A DNA stretch of 64,000 nt from an uncultured Planctomycetota bacterium (GTDB taxonomy: Bacteria; Planctomycetota; Planctomycetia; Isosphaerales; Isosphaeraceae): the NCBI GenBank assembly GCA_963737655.1, contig CAVTTN010000002.1:6976001-7040000 (forward strand). Reading direction: 5' to 3'. Under the pieces are notes generated by a model. The model made no database searches, was not told the origin of the DNA, and saw only the letters and a program-made list of their open reading frames with translations. The position numbers were made by a program, and so were the translations under genes. Shown here piece after piece: positions 11,036 to 21,890 of the stretch (positions are counted from its first letter, which is position 1; every line of letters starts with the position of its first letter).

Positions 11036-12044
11036 ATGGACGACCGCGATCCCAGGCCCGGGGTGCCCCTGATCGATGTCGGGCCTCTCGTCTCGGGAGG
11101 GCCGGGCGAGGCGGACGTGGCCCGGGAGATCGGCCGGGCCTGCCGCCGGGAGGGGTTCTTCTACGTCGTCGGCCACGGCGTGGACGGGGCCCTCTCGGAC
11201 CGCCTCGACGCCCTGGCCCGCCGGTTCTTCGCCCAGGACGAATCGACGAAGTCCAGGATCTCGATGACGCGGGGCGGGAGGGCCTGGCGGGGCTACTTCC
11301 CCCAGGGGGCCGAACTGACCTCGGGACGGCCCGACCGCAAGGTGGGGATCTATTTCGGCGCCGAGCTCCCCGAGGACCACCCGCTCGTCCTCGACCGGAC
11401 GCCGATCCACGGCCCGAACCTCTTCCCCGAGATCCCCGGGTTCCGCGAGGCGGTCCTCGAATACCTCGACGCGATGACGGCCCTCGGGCACTCCCTGATG
11501 AAGGGGATCGCGCTGAGCCTCGGGCTGGAGGGGCTCGTACTTCGCCGACCGCTTCACCGGCGACCCCTTGATCCTCTTCCGCATCTTCCACTATCCGAGC
11601 GGCCCCGACCCCGGCCCCTCGGAGGAATCCTGGGGCGTGGGCGAGCACACCGATTACGGCCTCCTGACGATCCTGAAGCAGGACGACGTGGGCGGGCTCG
11701 AAGTGAAGGCGGCGGGGGGCTGGATCGACGCCCCGCCGATCCCGGGCTCGTTCGTGTGCAACATCGGCGACATGCTCGACCGGATGACCCGCGGCCTCTA
11801 CCGATCGACGCCCCACCGCGTCCGCACGAACACGTCGGGGCGCGATCGCCTCTCGTTCCCGTTCTTCTTCGACCCGAACTTCGCGGCCGAGGTCCGGCCG
11901 ATCGAGGGGATCGAGGCGGCCCCCGACGATCGCCACGATCGCTGGGACCGCCAGAGCGTCCACGAATTCCGCGGGACCTACGGCGATTACCTGCTGGGCA
12001 AGGTCGCCAGGGTCTTCCCCGACCTGCGCCGCGAGGTCCTCTGA
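11036..12044 (+). CDS. Isopenicillin N synthase-family 2OG-Fe(II) oxygenase; frameshift near 11531
   Basis: [21 protein letters not shown] in the first frame; [33 protein letters not shown] (HxD...H, RxS) in the second; one extra G in a G-run. Confidence 0.9.
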
Positions 12045-12270
12045 GGCACGGGCCCGGCCGGGGGAGGGTCCCTTGCGCGTGTCCTCGAGGACCTTGTCTT
12101 TCTTCCGCATCGATCGTCCAGGCCATCGAGCAGGTCCCCCTCCTTGAACGCCTCGAAGATGGTCTCGTTCGCGACGACCGTCATGGACGCCGCGGCCGGC
12201 GGCACCCCGCCGAGCATCGAGTTGATCCGGGCTAGAGCGATTTTCGATGGAACGTGGCGGTTGACAATTC

Positions 12271-12292
12271 GTAGGGCAGGCCTTGCCCTGCC
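12271..12292 (+). repeat. Single GTAG-headed palindrome (REP-like)
   Basis: GTAGGGCAGGCCTTGCCCTGCC with AGGGCA/TGCCCT stem; intergenic. Confidence 0.45.
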
Positions 12293-12374
12293 GAGGCGGA
12301 CTTTGTTGGGTCGCGGACGGCGCTTGGAGAACGGCGTCCGGCGGGCTATCCTCGATGGCGAGGAGGGCCGGGTC

Positions 12375-13310
12375 ATGGCGTCCACTGCGATCGAATTGCC
12401 CGACGACCTCTTCGCGTTCGCCGAGGAGGCCGCACGCAGATCCGGCCACGCTGACGTTCTTATATATATTGAAAACATCACAATGTGTGATCGTGACAGG
12501 AGCGAATCCCGTGAGGTGGTGGCGGATGGCCCAGCCGAGGCGGCGCCGAGGCCCCCGAGGTCGAGTCGGTGGCGGGGCATCGGCGCGATGATGGCGGCCA
12601 TCGCCTTGATCGCCCTGGGGCTCGGCGTCCTGGCGATGAACCGCAAGTCGGCCAGGTTTCGTAAGGCGGCGGAGGGGCATGAGCTGCGGGCGAGCACGCT
12701 CACCAGCTCGGCTTGGCTCGCCAGGATCCTCGACCGTGGGGCGGCCCGGCAGCTCCCGCCGTTCGGTCTCGGCGGCCTCACCCCCAAGATCCGCGAGCTC
12801 GCTTTGAGCCGCCTGGATGCCGACCGCGAGACCTCCTGGGCCGAGAGGGACCGCTGGGCCGCGGACCATCCCTGGGCCTCGCCCCCCGAGGAGCCGCCCC
12901 CTCCGTCCCATGAAGAATACCGGACGGCCTGCATCGCCGCCGCGATCGAGTACTTCACGGGCTCGGATCGGCTGGGCTTCTCGGGATTCGACGTCCGCGA
13001 TGACGACCTCGACCCGCTCCGGGGCCAGGCCGGCCTGAAATCCCTCGACCTCTCGAACAATTCGATCACCGACGCCGGGCTCGACCGAATCCTCCCCCTG
13101 AAAAAACTGGAAGTGCTGATCCTCGACCAGAACGCCCTGACCGCCGCCGGCCTGGAGAGGCTCAAGGCCATGCCCCACCTCCGGCAGGTCTCGCTGGGGC
13201 ACCTGAACCTGACCGAGGACGAGGTGTTCGGCCTCGCGACCGCGCTCCCCCGCACGGTCCTCCTCACCGATTACGGCCGAATCCCGCCCGGGACCCGCCA
13301 TCCGAATTAG
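12375..13310 (+). CDS. Membrane-anchored leucine-rich-repeat protein
   Basis: TM segment (IGAMMAAIALIALGLGVLAM); C-terminal LRRs LKSLDLSNNSITDAGL, LEVLILDQNALTAAGL; start uncertain. Confidence 0.75.
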   Translation: MASTAIELPDDLFAFAEEAARRSGHADVLIYIENITMCDRDRSESREVVADGPAEAAPRPPRSSRWRGIGAMMAAIALIALGLGVLAMNRKSARFRKAAEGHELRASTLTSSAWLARILDRGAARQLPPFGLGGLTPKIRELALSRLDADRETSWAERDRWAADHPWASPPEEPPPPSHEEYRTACIAAAIEYFTGSDRLGFSGFDVRDDDLDPLRGQAGLKSLDLSNNSITDAGLDRILPLKKLEVLILDQNALTAAGLERLKAMPHLRQVSLGHLNLTEDEVFGLATALPRTVLLTDYGRIPPGTRHPN

Positions 13311-13410
13311 GCCGGCCCGGCCGTCCGGCTTGCGTTCCGGCGCCGGCCCGGAATACTCGGTTCGTCCGCTTTTCCCGCCCGCCATCGGTCCGTCTCGGGG
13401 GTCTCTCATC

Positions 13411-16400
13411 ATGCGAGGATTGGTCGCGGCCCGGCCCGTTTGGGCCTTCGCGCTGGCGTGGGCGTTCGGCTCGATCGCGGAGGCCCAGGAGGACTTCATC
13501 CCCAGGGCCCAGGACCGACCGCCGGGGCCGGCGCTGTCGCCGGGCGAGGCGATCGCGAAGATGACGGTGCCTCCGGGGTTCCGGGTCGAGGTCGTCGCCA
13601 GCGAGCCCGACCTCGTCAACCCGGTGGCGATGACGTTCGACGAGAAGGGCCGCGTCTGGGTTACCGAGAGCCTCGAATACCCGAGGAAATCGGCCGGTCC
13701 GGGCCGCGATCGCGTGAAAGTCCTCGAAGATACCGACGGCGACGGCAAGGCCGACCGGTTCACCGTGTTCGCCGAGGGGCTGAACATCCCGTCGGGGATC
13801 GCCGTCGGTCACGGGGGCGTGTGGGTCGCCAACTCGCCCGATCTCCTGTTCATGCAGGACACCGACGGCGACGGGAAGGCCGATAAGACGGAGGTCATCG
13901 TCTCCGGGTTCGGCCGGGACGACACCCACGAATTGCCCAACTCCCTGACGTGGGGCCCCGACGGCTGGCTCTACGGCTGGAACGGGGTGTTCAACGGCAG
14001 CCACGTCGAATATCGCGGCAAGACCTATGATTTCACGTGCGCGATCTTCCGGATCCACCCCCGGACCCGCGAGTTCCAGGTCTGGTGCGAGGGCACGTCG
14101 AACCCCTGGGGGATCGCCTTCAACGCCGACGGCGACGCCTTCGCCAGCGCCTGCGTGATCGACCACTTCTGGCACCTGACCGAGTCCGGCTACTATCACC
14201 GCCAGGGAGGCCCGTACCCGCCGTTCACCTGGAAGCTGGAATCGATCGTCGATTTCGGCCACCAGAAGGCCGCGTATTGCGGTGTTCACTTCTTCGACTC
14301 CGATGCCTATCCATCGCAGTATCGCGGCAAGTATTACATGGGCAACATCCACGGCAATTGCATCAACGTGGATTCCGTCGAGAAGAAGGGCGCGACCTAC
14401 CGGGCGTTCAAGCAGGAAGATTTCCTCACCGCCCACGACGCCTGGTTCATGCCCGTCGTTCAGAAGACCGGCCCCGACGGCTCGCTCTACGTCCTCGACT
14501 GGTACGACCGCTACCACTGCTACCAGGACGCCAACCGCGACCCCGCCGGGGTCGATCGCCTCAAGGGCCGGCTCTATCGCGTCCGGTATGGCGACACCCC
14601 GCGCCGGTCGAATTTCGACCTGAGCAAGAAGTCGGATGAGGAATTGATCGGGCTCCTCGGCGCTGGCAACGGCTACGACCGGGAGATCGCCCAGAGGCTC
14701 CTGGCCGAGCGGGGCAAGGCCGTCCGGCCGAAGCTGATGGCGGCGATCGTCGATCCGAAGACGCCGAGGCGGCAGAAGGTCCACGCCACGTGGGCCCTGA
14801 TCGGCGCCGGGCCGATCGACCTCGAGGACCACAAGACGCTCCTGGCCGACGCCGATCCCACGGTCCGCGGCTTCGCCGTGAGGGCGGCCGGCGACCAGGT
14901 CGTCGATCCGGCGATCCGCAGCCGGGCCCTGGCCCTGGCGAAGGACCCGGAGCCTTCCGTCCGCTTGCAGGTGGCCATCGCGGCGAGGAAATTCGACGGG
15001 ATCGAGCCGATCCCCGTCCTGATGGAGGTGCTTTCGAGGGCCGACGACGTGGTCACGCCGCCGGTGGTCTGGCAGAACCTCCACCCGATGCTCGAATCGG
15101 GCGCCTATGCATTCATCGAGGCATCGGAAAAATTCGCCGATTCGAAAAACATCGCCCAAATCTATCCAAGAACGATCGAACGCCTGATGGCGCGACGATC
15201 CCCCGACGCGAAGCCGGTGGCGTTGCTCCTCGCCCGATTGCTCGAAGGGCCGCAGGCCGACGCCTCGCTGGCGGGGCAGGCGATCGCGGGGATCGCGGCG
15301 AAGGTGCAGAACGGCGAGGTGGCCGGGGCGAGGGCCGAGGCGCTCCGATCGGCCATCGGGCCGGTCCTGGCGAGACGGATCGCCCTCGATCCCGGGCTGA
15401 AAGGCCCCGGGGCGATCGAGGCGGCGCTGCTCTCGGCGTCGTGGAAGGAGCAGGGGGGGATCGTCGCGGCCCGCTCGCTCTTCTCGACGAACTCGGTGGG
15501 CGAGGCCGTCAGGCTCCAGGCCCTCGCCGCGCTGGTCGCGGCCGGCGACGCGAACACCGTCGAGCCTCGCCGCCTCGGCCCTGGGCGAGCCGAAGGCCGG
15601 ATCGCCCTCGTTCCGAGGGAAGTTGCTGGCGAGCCTCAGCCGTCTCGACGACCCGAGGGTCGCCTCGGCGGTCCTCGCCGCCTATCCCAGGATGGACGCC
15701 GAGACGAGGCCCAAGGCCGTCGAGCTGCTCACCCAGAGGCCGGCGTGGACACGGGCCCTGATCGAGGCCGTGCGGAGGAAGGAAGTCCCCACCGACGCCG
15801 TGAACGCGACGCAGATTCGCACCCTTCAATCCACGAAGGATGTAAGCCTGAAACGACTCGTCCGCGAGACGTTCGGCATCGTCCGCGAGGGGCGCAACCC
15901 GGATCGCGAGCAGGTCGTCGCGAGGATGAGGCGGCTCGTCCGCTCGGCGCCCGGGGACCCGTTCGAGGGGAAGAAGGCCTTCGCCAAGGTCTGCGGCCAG
16001 TGCCACAAGATCTACGGGGAGGGGCAGGAGGTGGGGCCGGACCTCACGTCCAATGGTCGGAATGATTTCGCGCAATTGCTCTCGAACGTGTTCGACCCGA
16101 GCCTCGTCATCGGTGCGGCCTACCAGGCCACCACGGTGGCGACGAAGGACGGCCGGGTCCTCACCGGGCTGGTGGCCGAGGACGGCCCGCAACGGCTCGT
16201 CCTCAAGATGCAGGGAGGCAAGGTCGAGACGATCGCCCGGGGCGACGTGGAGGAGACGAAGGTCAGCCCGGTCTCGCTCATGCCCGATGAGATCGAGAAA
16301 CAATTGACCGACAGGGAATGGATCGATCTGTTCAGCTTCCTCACGCTGGACAGGCCGCCGGGCGACCCCTCGGGGAAGAGGCTGCCGACGTCGTCGATCC

Positions 16401-16858
16401 TCGAACCCAGGGACACGGCCGACCCGGCCGGGTTCGCGGCGATCCTCGACGAGTTCGCCCCCGGATTCGTCGTGAAGGCGGTGGGCGAGGGCGGCCTGGC
16501 AATCGAGAAGGAGCACGCCGGGAGGCCGGGCGTCCTGAGGACCCACCCGGTCAGCCGGGAGGAGCCCTGCACGATCCGGGGGAAGGTCCCGGTCCCCCCG
16601 GGGGTGCCGACCCGGCTCGTCCTCGATGTCAGCCCCGACGATCAAGGGGACTGGCAGCTCGTGGTGAAGGCCGACGGCAAGACGCTCAAGGACATGATCG
16701 TCAATCAAAAATCGGCGGATCACGGGTGGGCGGAGATCGCCGTGGACCTCTCGCCGTTCGCGGGTCGGACGATCGATCTGGAAATCCAGAACAAGGCGAA
16801 TGATTGGTCGTGGGAGTTCGGCTACTGGGGGCGGATCGCGGTGCTCTCCGGGCCGTGA
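13411..16858 (+). CDS. PVC-type heme-binding CxxCH protein (membrane-bound dehydrogenase domain, HEAT-like repeats, cytochrome c); frameshift near 15567
   Basis: VASEPDLVNPVAMTFDEKGRVWV, DTDGDGKAD repeats, WGPDGWLY; second frame has CGQCH, GPDLT, SLMP. Confidence 0.9.
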
Positions 16859-16899
16859 TTGCGGGCCGCATCCCGTTGGGGAGGCATGGGAAACAGGAA

Positions 16900-16946
16900 G
16901 GTGTATTTCATGCACCCTAGATAATGGTGCATTTCATGCACCCTAC
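16900..16946 (-). repeat. Two tandem GTAG-type REP copies
   Basis: GGTGTATTTCATGCACCCTAG (16900-16920) and GGTGCATTTCATGCACCCTAC (16926-16946), reverse complements of GTAGGGTGCATGAAATGCACC. Confidence 0.85.
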
Positions 16947-19900
16947 TGGCCGACCTTCCTCGTCTGGTACTCGTCCAGGTATCGGGAATAGGCCGGGTCC
17001 TTCGGGCGGTCGTCCTCGGGCCCGAAGGGATAGGATTTGGGCATGTTTATCCAGGGCATGGGGCCGACGGTGTCGCTGGCGGCGGTGAACGGGTCGGCAT
17101 CCTTGCAGTAGCCGATGGTTCGTAGGACGAAGGCGCGGGTCCATCCCTCGGGCAGGGGGGGGACCTTCGTCGCGTCGAATTCGAGCTTCACCTCGTCGCC
17201 GGGGCCGATCACGCAGAGCTGGTCGTCGTCGTCGAGCAGGAGCGGGAGGACGTCGCCGAACCTCGTGAGCGACCCGGCCAGGTGCGCCAGGGGCGCCGGA
17301 TCGACGTGTTCATAATCGTAGACGAGAGGGAGCTTGCCGTCGGGCGAGATCTCGCGGGTGTAGCCCCGATAGGCGAGGGAGGCCCGCCGGGCCGGGAGGC
17401 TCGTGACCTTCACGCCCGCGTTCTCGTCGAGACGGGCCACGAACGCCTGGTCCCAGCCGAGGTCCATCGTGGTCTTCAGCCTCAGGACGCATCGAGGGCC
17501 GCCGAGCTTGCCCGCGAGCTCCAGAGTGGTCATCCGCTCCATCCCGGCGGGATAGCCGGGGTCCGCTTCGAGCACGAGCCACGAGCCATCGTCGCCGAGG
17601 CGTTCGAGGACCGGCGGCTTGAGCGACACTCCGGCCGAGGCGGCGGCGTAGTTCGTCTGCGAGTACGGGTACTCGACGTAGCCCGACAGGCACAACACCA
17701 GGCGGTCCGTCGGGCCGAACTTCGCGAGCCGGTCGCCGAAGTCGAGGACGATCCCATGCTCCTCGGCGTAGCCGATCCAGCCTTCGCGGAGGAGGAAATC
17801 GTCGGCGAACGCGCGGTCGGTCCGGCGGAGGGCGTCGGTCAGGTCCCGGCCTTTCAGGTCGGTGGCCTTGGCATATTCGATGGCGTCCTTCCATGCGAGG
17901 AGGGCGCCCGAAGGCCGGTTGCCGCCGGGGGCGAAGCGTTCGTCGGGGGCGGTGGAGACGCCCGGAGGCCGGTCGATCACGTCGAGGGTGATCTTGTCGA
18001 GATACGCAAGCTCGCTCATGGGTTCGGTGATCGCCATCCGATAGGCGCCCTCCACCGGCGTCAACTGGTCGGGGGCGATCGCCACGGCCTCGTCGCGGTC
18101 GGGCTCGCCGTAGACGCCCGGGGCGACGAGGTAGCCGAGCCCGCCGCCGCCGAGGAAGTCGCCGAGACACACAAATTTCTTGCCGTCCCAGGTGAAGAGG
18201 ACCGGGCAGGAGCCTTCCTTGCGGTTGTTCTCGATCAGGTCGAACGCCTGGTTCGTGTTGACCTCCAGCTCGGCCTGGAGGACGCCGTCGGGCCACTTCA
18301 CCCGGAGGACGCGGACCTTCTCCGCGCCCCCCAGGCCCAGGACCACCGGCCCCATCGACTGCCCCGGCCCGGCCTCGGGCGTCGTATGGAGATAGGGGAC
18401 GCTCAGGTTGTCGCTATCGATGCGGATTTTTGCACCTAGACCTTCGGAATTCGTCCTCATATGCTTGGGTTTCACGCCCCAGCGTCCGCCGATATTCAGG
18501 GCGATCCAGTGCCCGCCGTTTCCGAGATTGTGGGAGAGGCTCGGGCCTTCGCCGTCTCGGAGGATGATGAGGTCGGGCAGGGGGTCGCCGATCACGTCGG
18601 CCAGGGCGAAGCCCCGGGTTCCGGCGGGAGACGCCCCGGACGGCCCGATCGGCCTCGGAGGGGCGAACCGCGTCCCTTCTCCTCGGGAAAATCGCGGGGT
18701 TTGCCCGGGTTCTCCCGAGGTCAGGGCGAGGAGGTCGGGCCAGCCGTCGAGGTCGAGGTCGGCGGCGACCGCCGATCGCGAGCCCCGGACGTCCACCGGC
18801 CACGGCTCGAACGCCAGGGCCGCCGCCCCCGAATCGGACTTCTTCGAGGCGTTTCGCAGGGCCACGGTCACGCCCGAGACGCCCGTGAGGACGAGGTCGC
18901 CCAGGCCGTCGCGGTCGAGGTCGGTCACGAGGACGCCGGAACCTCCCTGGATATCCGCAAGTCCTTTGCAATCGGAGGTGTGGAATCGACCGAGTCGATC
19001 ATTCAGGACGACGGTTGGGGCCTGGCCCTCGGCGGTCAGGACGAGGTCGAGGTCCCGGTCGTCGTCGATGTCGAGGATGGCCACCCCGGTGTGGGGGGCG
19101 TCGCCGCCGAGGAGGGCCTTGGCCTCGTCGCCGTCCCACGCAGAGAACTTCGGTTCGAGCCCCTCGGTGGCCTTGAGGTCGGCCTTCGCCACGGCGACGG
19201 GCGCGGAGTTTTCCTTGATGGCTCCCGGAGAGGGGCGGGGCTGGCCGTCGTTGCGGAAGGCGGCGTTGGCCACGCCTGGCGGGGGCTTCGGGCCGAACGC
19301 GTCGGCGGCGCGATCGGCGGTGGTGAGGTTCACGACGTAAAGGTCGAGGTCGCCATCCTGGTCGATGTCCATCCAGCGGGCGGCCAGGGCGATCGTGGGG
19401 GGGCTTGCAGGCGGTAACAGGCCGCTCATGTCCTCAAATTTTTTGCCGCCGACATTCCGGAGGATTTTCACGCCTCCGATCCCGACGAGGGCGAGGTCGG
19501 GGAGGCGGTCGGCGTCGAAGTCTCCGGCGGAGGCGCCGAGGCTGGGGCGGTCGTCGGGGAGGCCGAAGTCTCGCGAAACGTCGTCGAATCGGCCGTCGCC
19601 TCGGTTGAGCAAGAGGGCGTCGCGAACCTTGCCGGCCTTGCCGGTCACGGAGGCGGCGAGGAAGAGGTCGAGCTTGCCGTCGGCGTCGGCGTCGAGGGCG
19701 ATCGCGGCGGCGCCGAGGCGGTCGCGGGCCCGGCCGATCGGGGCGAGGTCGCCGGTGAAGTCGGCGGGCGAGGCCCAGCGGTCGCCGGTCGGCAGGCTCA
19801 CGGAGAGGGGCTTCGGCGTCTCGAACCTGGGCGGATTCGCGGCCTTCGCGGGGGCTTTGGGACGAGGGAATGGGTCGATGATGGTGGCATATTTACCCAT

Positions 19901-20677
19901 GTCGCCGTAGACATTCGCGACGTTGTCCCCCGGTCCGGCGGGGGAGCGTTCGGGGCTCAGACGATTGATCCGCGACCGGATTCGCGCGGCCTCCTCGACG
20001 TCTCCGGCGATCTGGAGGGCGCGTTCCACGCTGTAGAGGGCGGAGTAGTTGTAGGGGTCCTGCTCGACGGCCCTTTCGTAGTACGGCTTCTTGGCGACGA
20101 TGTGTTCGCGGATCTTCATCCCCTCACCGGGAAGCGTGTTCCCGGCATGCATCCAGGCGGAGGAATCGGTGGGATCGTGGTCGGTGACGAATTTGTAATC
20201 GAGGAATGCCTCGTCGAAATGGCCGAGGTCTTCCTGGATGATCCCCCGGCAGAAGTGGGCGGAGAGGTTGTTGGGATCGCGCTGGAGGACTTCGTCGAGG
20301 AGGCCGATCACGCGGTCGAACCGGGTCGGAGGGGCCTTGTCGCCCTTGGCCTTCGCCTTCTCGGCCTCGTTGCCGGTGTCGTTGAGCATGGCGATGGCCA
20401 GGTTGATCTTGGCGGCGAGGAGGCCGGGGGCGAGCTCGACCGTCTTGCCGAACGCCTCCGCGGCATGGCGGTATTTGTACTGCTCCATGGAACCCACGCC
20501 TTCGAGATGCGCCGCGATGAACGCGGAGAGGTTCGCCGGCGGGATCTCGTCCTTGGGGACGACCGGCGTGGGCGCCGGAGGAGGCGGGGTCGAGTCGCCG
20601 CAGCCCCAGCCGATCGTGACGGTCAGAGCGCAGGCCATCGCGGCGACGGCGGGGCGTCGGCGGACGGGGTTCCGCAT
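16943..20677 (-). CDS. TPR + FG-GAP + ASPIC/UnbV (CRTAC1-like) lipoprotein
   Basis: Lipobox-like IGWGC, TPR region, repeated DxDxDGxxDL motifs, GLGG...VKWPDGVLQ, KEGSCPVLFTWDG. Confidence 0.88.
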   Translation of the reverse strand: MRNPVRRRPAVAAMACALTVTIGWGCGDSTPPPPAPTPVVPKDEIPPANLSAFIAAHLEGVGSMEQYKYRHAAEAFGKTVELAPGLLAAKINLAIAMLNDTGNEAEKAKAKGDKAPPTRFDRVIGLLDEVLQRDPNNLSAHFCRGIIQEDLGHFDEAFLDYKFVTDHDPTDSSAWMHAGNTLPGEGMKIREHIVAKKPYYERAVEQDPYNYSALYSVERALQIAGDVEEAARIRSRINRLSPERSPAGPGDNVANVYGDMGKYATIIDPFPRPKAPAKAANPPRFETPKPLSVSLPTGDRWASPADFTGDLAPIGRARDRLGAAAIALDADADGKLDLFLAASVTGKAGKVRDALLLNRGDGRFDDVSRDFGLPDDRPSLGASAGDFDADRLPDLALVGIGGVKILRNVGGKKFEDMSGLLPPASPPTIALAARWMDIDQDGDLDLYVVNLTTADRAADAFGPKPPPGVANAAFRNDGQPRPSPGAIKENSAPVAVAKADLKATEGLEPKFSAWDGDEAKALLGGDAPHTGVAILDIDDDRDLDLVLTAEGQAPTVVLNDRLGRFHTSDCKGLADIQGGSGVLVTDLDRDGLGDLVLTGVSGVTVALRNASKKSDSGAAALAFEPWPVDVRGSRSAVAADLDLDGWPDLLALTSGEPGQTPRFSRGEGTRFAPPRPIGPSGASPAGTRGFALADVIGDPLPDLIILRDGEGPSLSHNLGNGGHWIALNIGGRWGVKPKHMRTNSEGLGAKIRIDSDNLSVPYLHTTPEAGPGQSMGPVVLGLGGAEKVRVLRVKWPDGVLQAELEVNTNQAFDLIENNRKEGSCPVLFTWDGKKFVCLGDFLGGGGLGYLVAPGVYGEPDRDEAVAIAPDQLTPVEGAYRMAITEPMSELAYLDKITLDVIDRPPGVSTAPDERFAPGGNRPSGALLAWKDAIEYAKATDLKGRDLTDALRRTDRAFADDFLLREGWIGYAEEHGIVLDFGDRLAKFGPTDRLVLCLSGYVEYPYSQTNYAAASAGVSLKPPVLERLGDDGSWLVLEADPGYPAGMERMTTLELAGKLGGPRCVLRLKTTMDLGWDQAFVARLDENAGVKVTSLPARRASLAYRGYTREISPDGKLPLVYDYEHVDPAPLAHLAGSLTRFGDVLPLLLDDDDQLCVIGPGDEVKLEFDATKVPPLPEGWTRAFVLRTIGYCKDADPFTAASDTVGPMPWINMPKSYPFGPEDDRPKDPAYSRYLDEYQTRKVGQ

Positions 20678-20738
20678 CGTCGGGTGCCTCGGGGAGGGGA
20701 TCGGGGCGGATTCGCCTTGGCCTGGGCGGGGGAGATTG

Positions 20739-20943
20739 ACCGCCAGGGCCGCCGGGGAGATTAACCGCCAAGACGCCAAGGTCGCCAAGAGGAGAGGAGA
20801 GAAAGAGGAGAGGAGAAATCCGATGATTTTTAAATGAAGCTATATATTATAAGAATAATTGCTTATTTTCTCCTCTTGGCGACCTTGGCGACCTTGGCGA
20901 CCTTGGCGTCTTGGCGGTTAATCTCCCCGGCGGCCCTGGCGGT
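20739..20943. repeat. Long inverted-repeat element (ACCGCCAAG family) with AT-rich spacer
   Basis: 20739-20789 is the perfect reverse complement of 20893-20943 (51 bp); the right arm has extra CTTGGCGAC 9-mers. Confidence 0.9.
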
Positions 20944-21890
20944 TAGTCCCCCCCAATCTTCGGCGAGGGGCGATGGATGGGCCGGGCGTAGAGGCCAGTA
21001 TAGGACTCGGCCCGGATGTGGGAAAGGAGCGCGTGGCCTCGTCGTCGTCGGCGCTCCTCGCGGAGGGCGGCGATGTCGATCGGGCCGACGACGATCCGGT
21101 CTCCGGGGCCGGGCTCGGCCTGGGCGAGGATTCGGCCGTCGAAGTCGACGATCATGCTTCCGCCCGGCCAGGAGAACGGCGGGTAATTCGCGAGACTGGC
21201 CCCCTGGTTCGCCGCAACGACGAACGCGGTGTTCTCGGCGGCTCGGGCGCGGTTGAAGAGGGTCCACCAGTCCATCGGCGGGGTCGCGCCCCAGGGGTCC
21301 ATGTAGGCCGACACGCGGATCAAGACCTCGGCACCGTTCAGGGCGAGGGCGCGGATGGCCTCGGGGAACAGCCAGTCGTAGCAGATCGCCGCGCCGATCC
21401 GGCCGATCTCGGTCTCGACCACGGGGAACAGCGGCTCGTCGTAGCCTTCGAGGTCGTGGGGGCTGGCGTGGACCTCCCACGGGATCCAGGGGTTGACCTT
21501 GCGGTACTTGCTCAGGAGGCCGTCGGGGCCGATCAGGCACGTGGTGTTGAAGACCGAGCCCGGCCATCGCGGGTCGGCTTCGAGGAACGTGCCGGTCTGG
21601 ATGAAGACGCCGCGTTCCTTCGCCTTCCTGGCATAAAGGTCGGTGAAATCGTTCGGGACCGGCACCGCGAGCTTGTCCAGGAGCTCGGCGGCCGTCTCGT
21701 AGATCGGCGCGGCGTGGGCGAACTCGGGGAAGGCGACGAGCTTGACGTCGAAGAACGGCTCGTAGCCGACGACCGCGTAATCGATCCTCGCCAGGAGGTC
21801 CGCGACCCTCGCGGGGATCTCGTCTCGGGAGCGAGGGCAGGGGAGGTCGGTCTGGATCGCGGCGGCGTAGTAGCGAGACATCCGGGTCAT
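20943..21890 (-). CDS. Nitrilase-related carbon-nitrogen hydrolase
   Basis: Catalytic triad contexts FPEF, YRKVNPW, ICYDWLFPE; ARAAEN; ATGA overlap with the upstream TPR gene. Confidence 0.9.
   Translation of the reverse strand: MTRMSRYYAAAIQTDLPCPRSRDEIPARVADLLARIDYAVVGYEPFFDVKLVAFPEFAHAAPIYETAAELLDKLAVPVPNDFTDLYARKAKERGVFIQTGTFLEADPRWPGSVFNTTCLIGPDGLLSKYRKVNPWIPWEVHASPHDLEGYDEPLFPVVETEIGRIGAAICYDWLFPEAIRALALNGAEVLIRVSAYMDPWGATPPMDWWTLFNRARAAENTAFVVAANQGASLANYPPFSWPGGSMIVDFDGRILAQAEPGPGDRIVVGPIDIAALREERRRRRGHALLSHIRAESYTGLYARPIHRPSPKIGGD

Noticed and set aside
11036..12044. Isopenicillin N synthase-like gene as a beta-lactam cluster
   Set aside because: No NRPS or other biosynthetic genes nearby; the family is broad
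11034..13787. 917-aa minus-strand ORF and many other long Arg/Pro/Gly-rich ORFs (e.g. 47074-49515, 54703-57327, 37717-39693)
   Set aside because: Shadow ORFs antisense or out of frame to well-supported genes; expected in high-GC DNA; no family motifs
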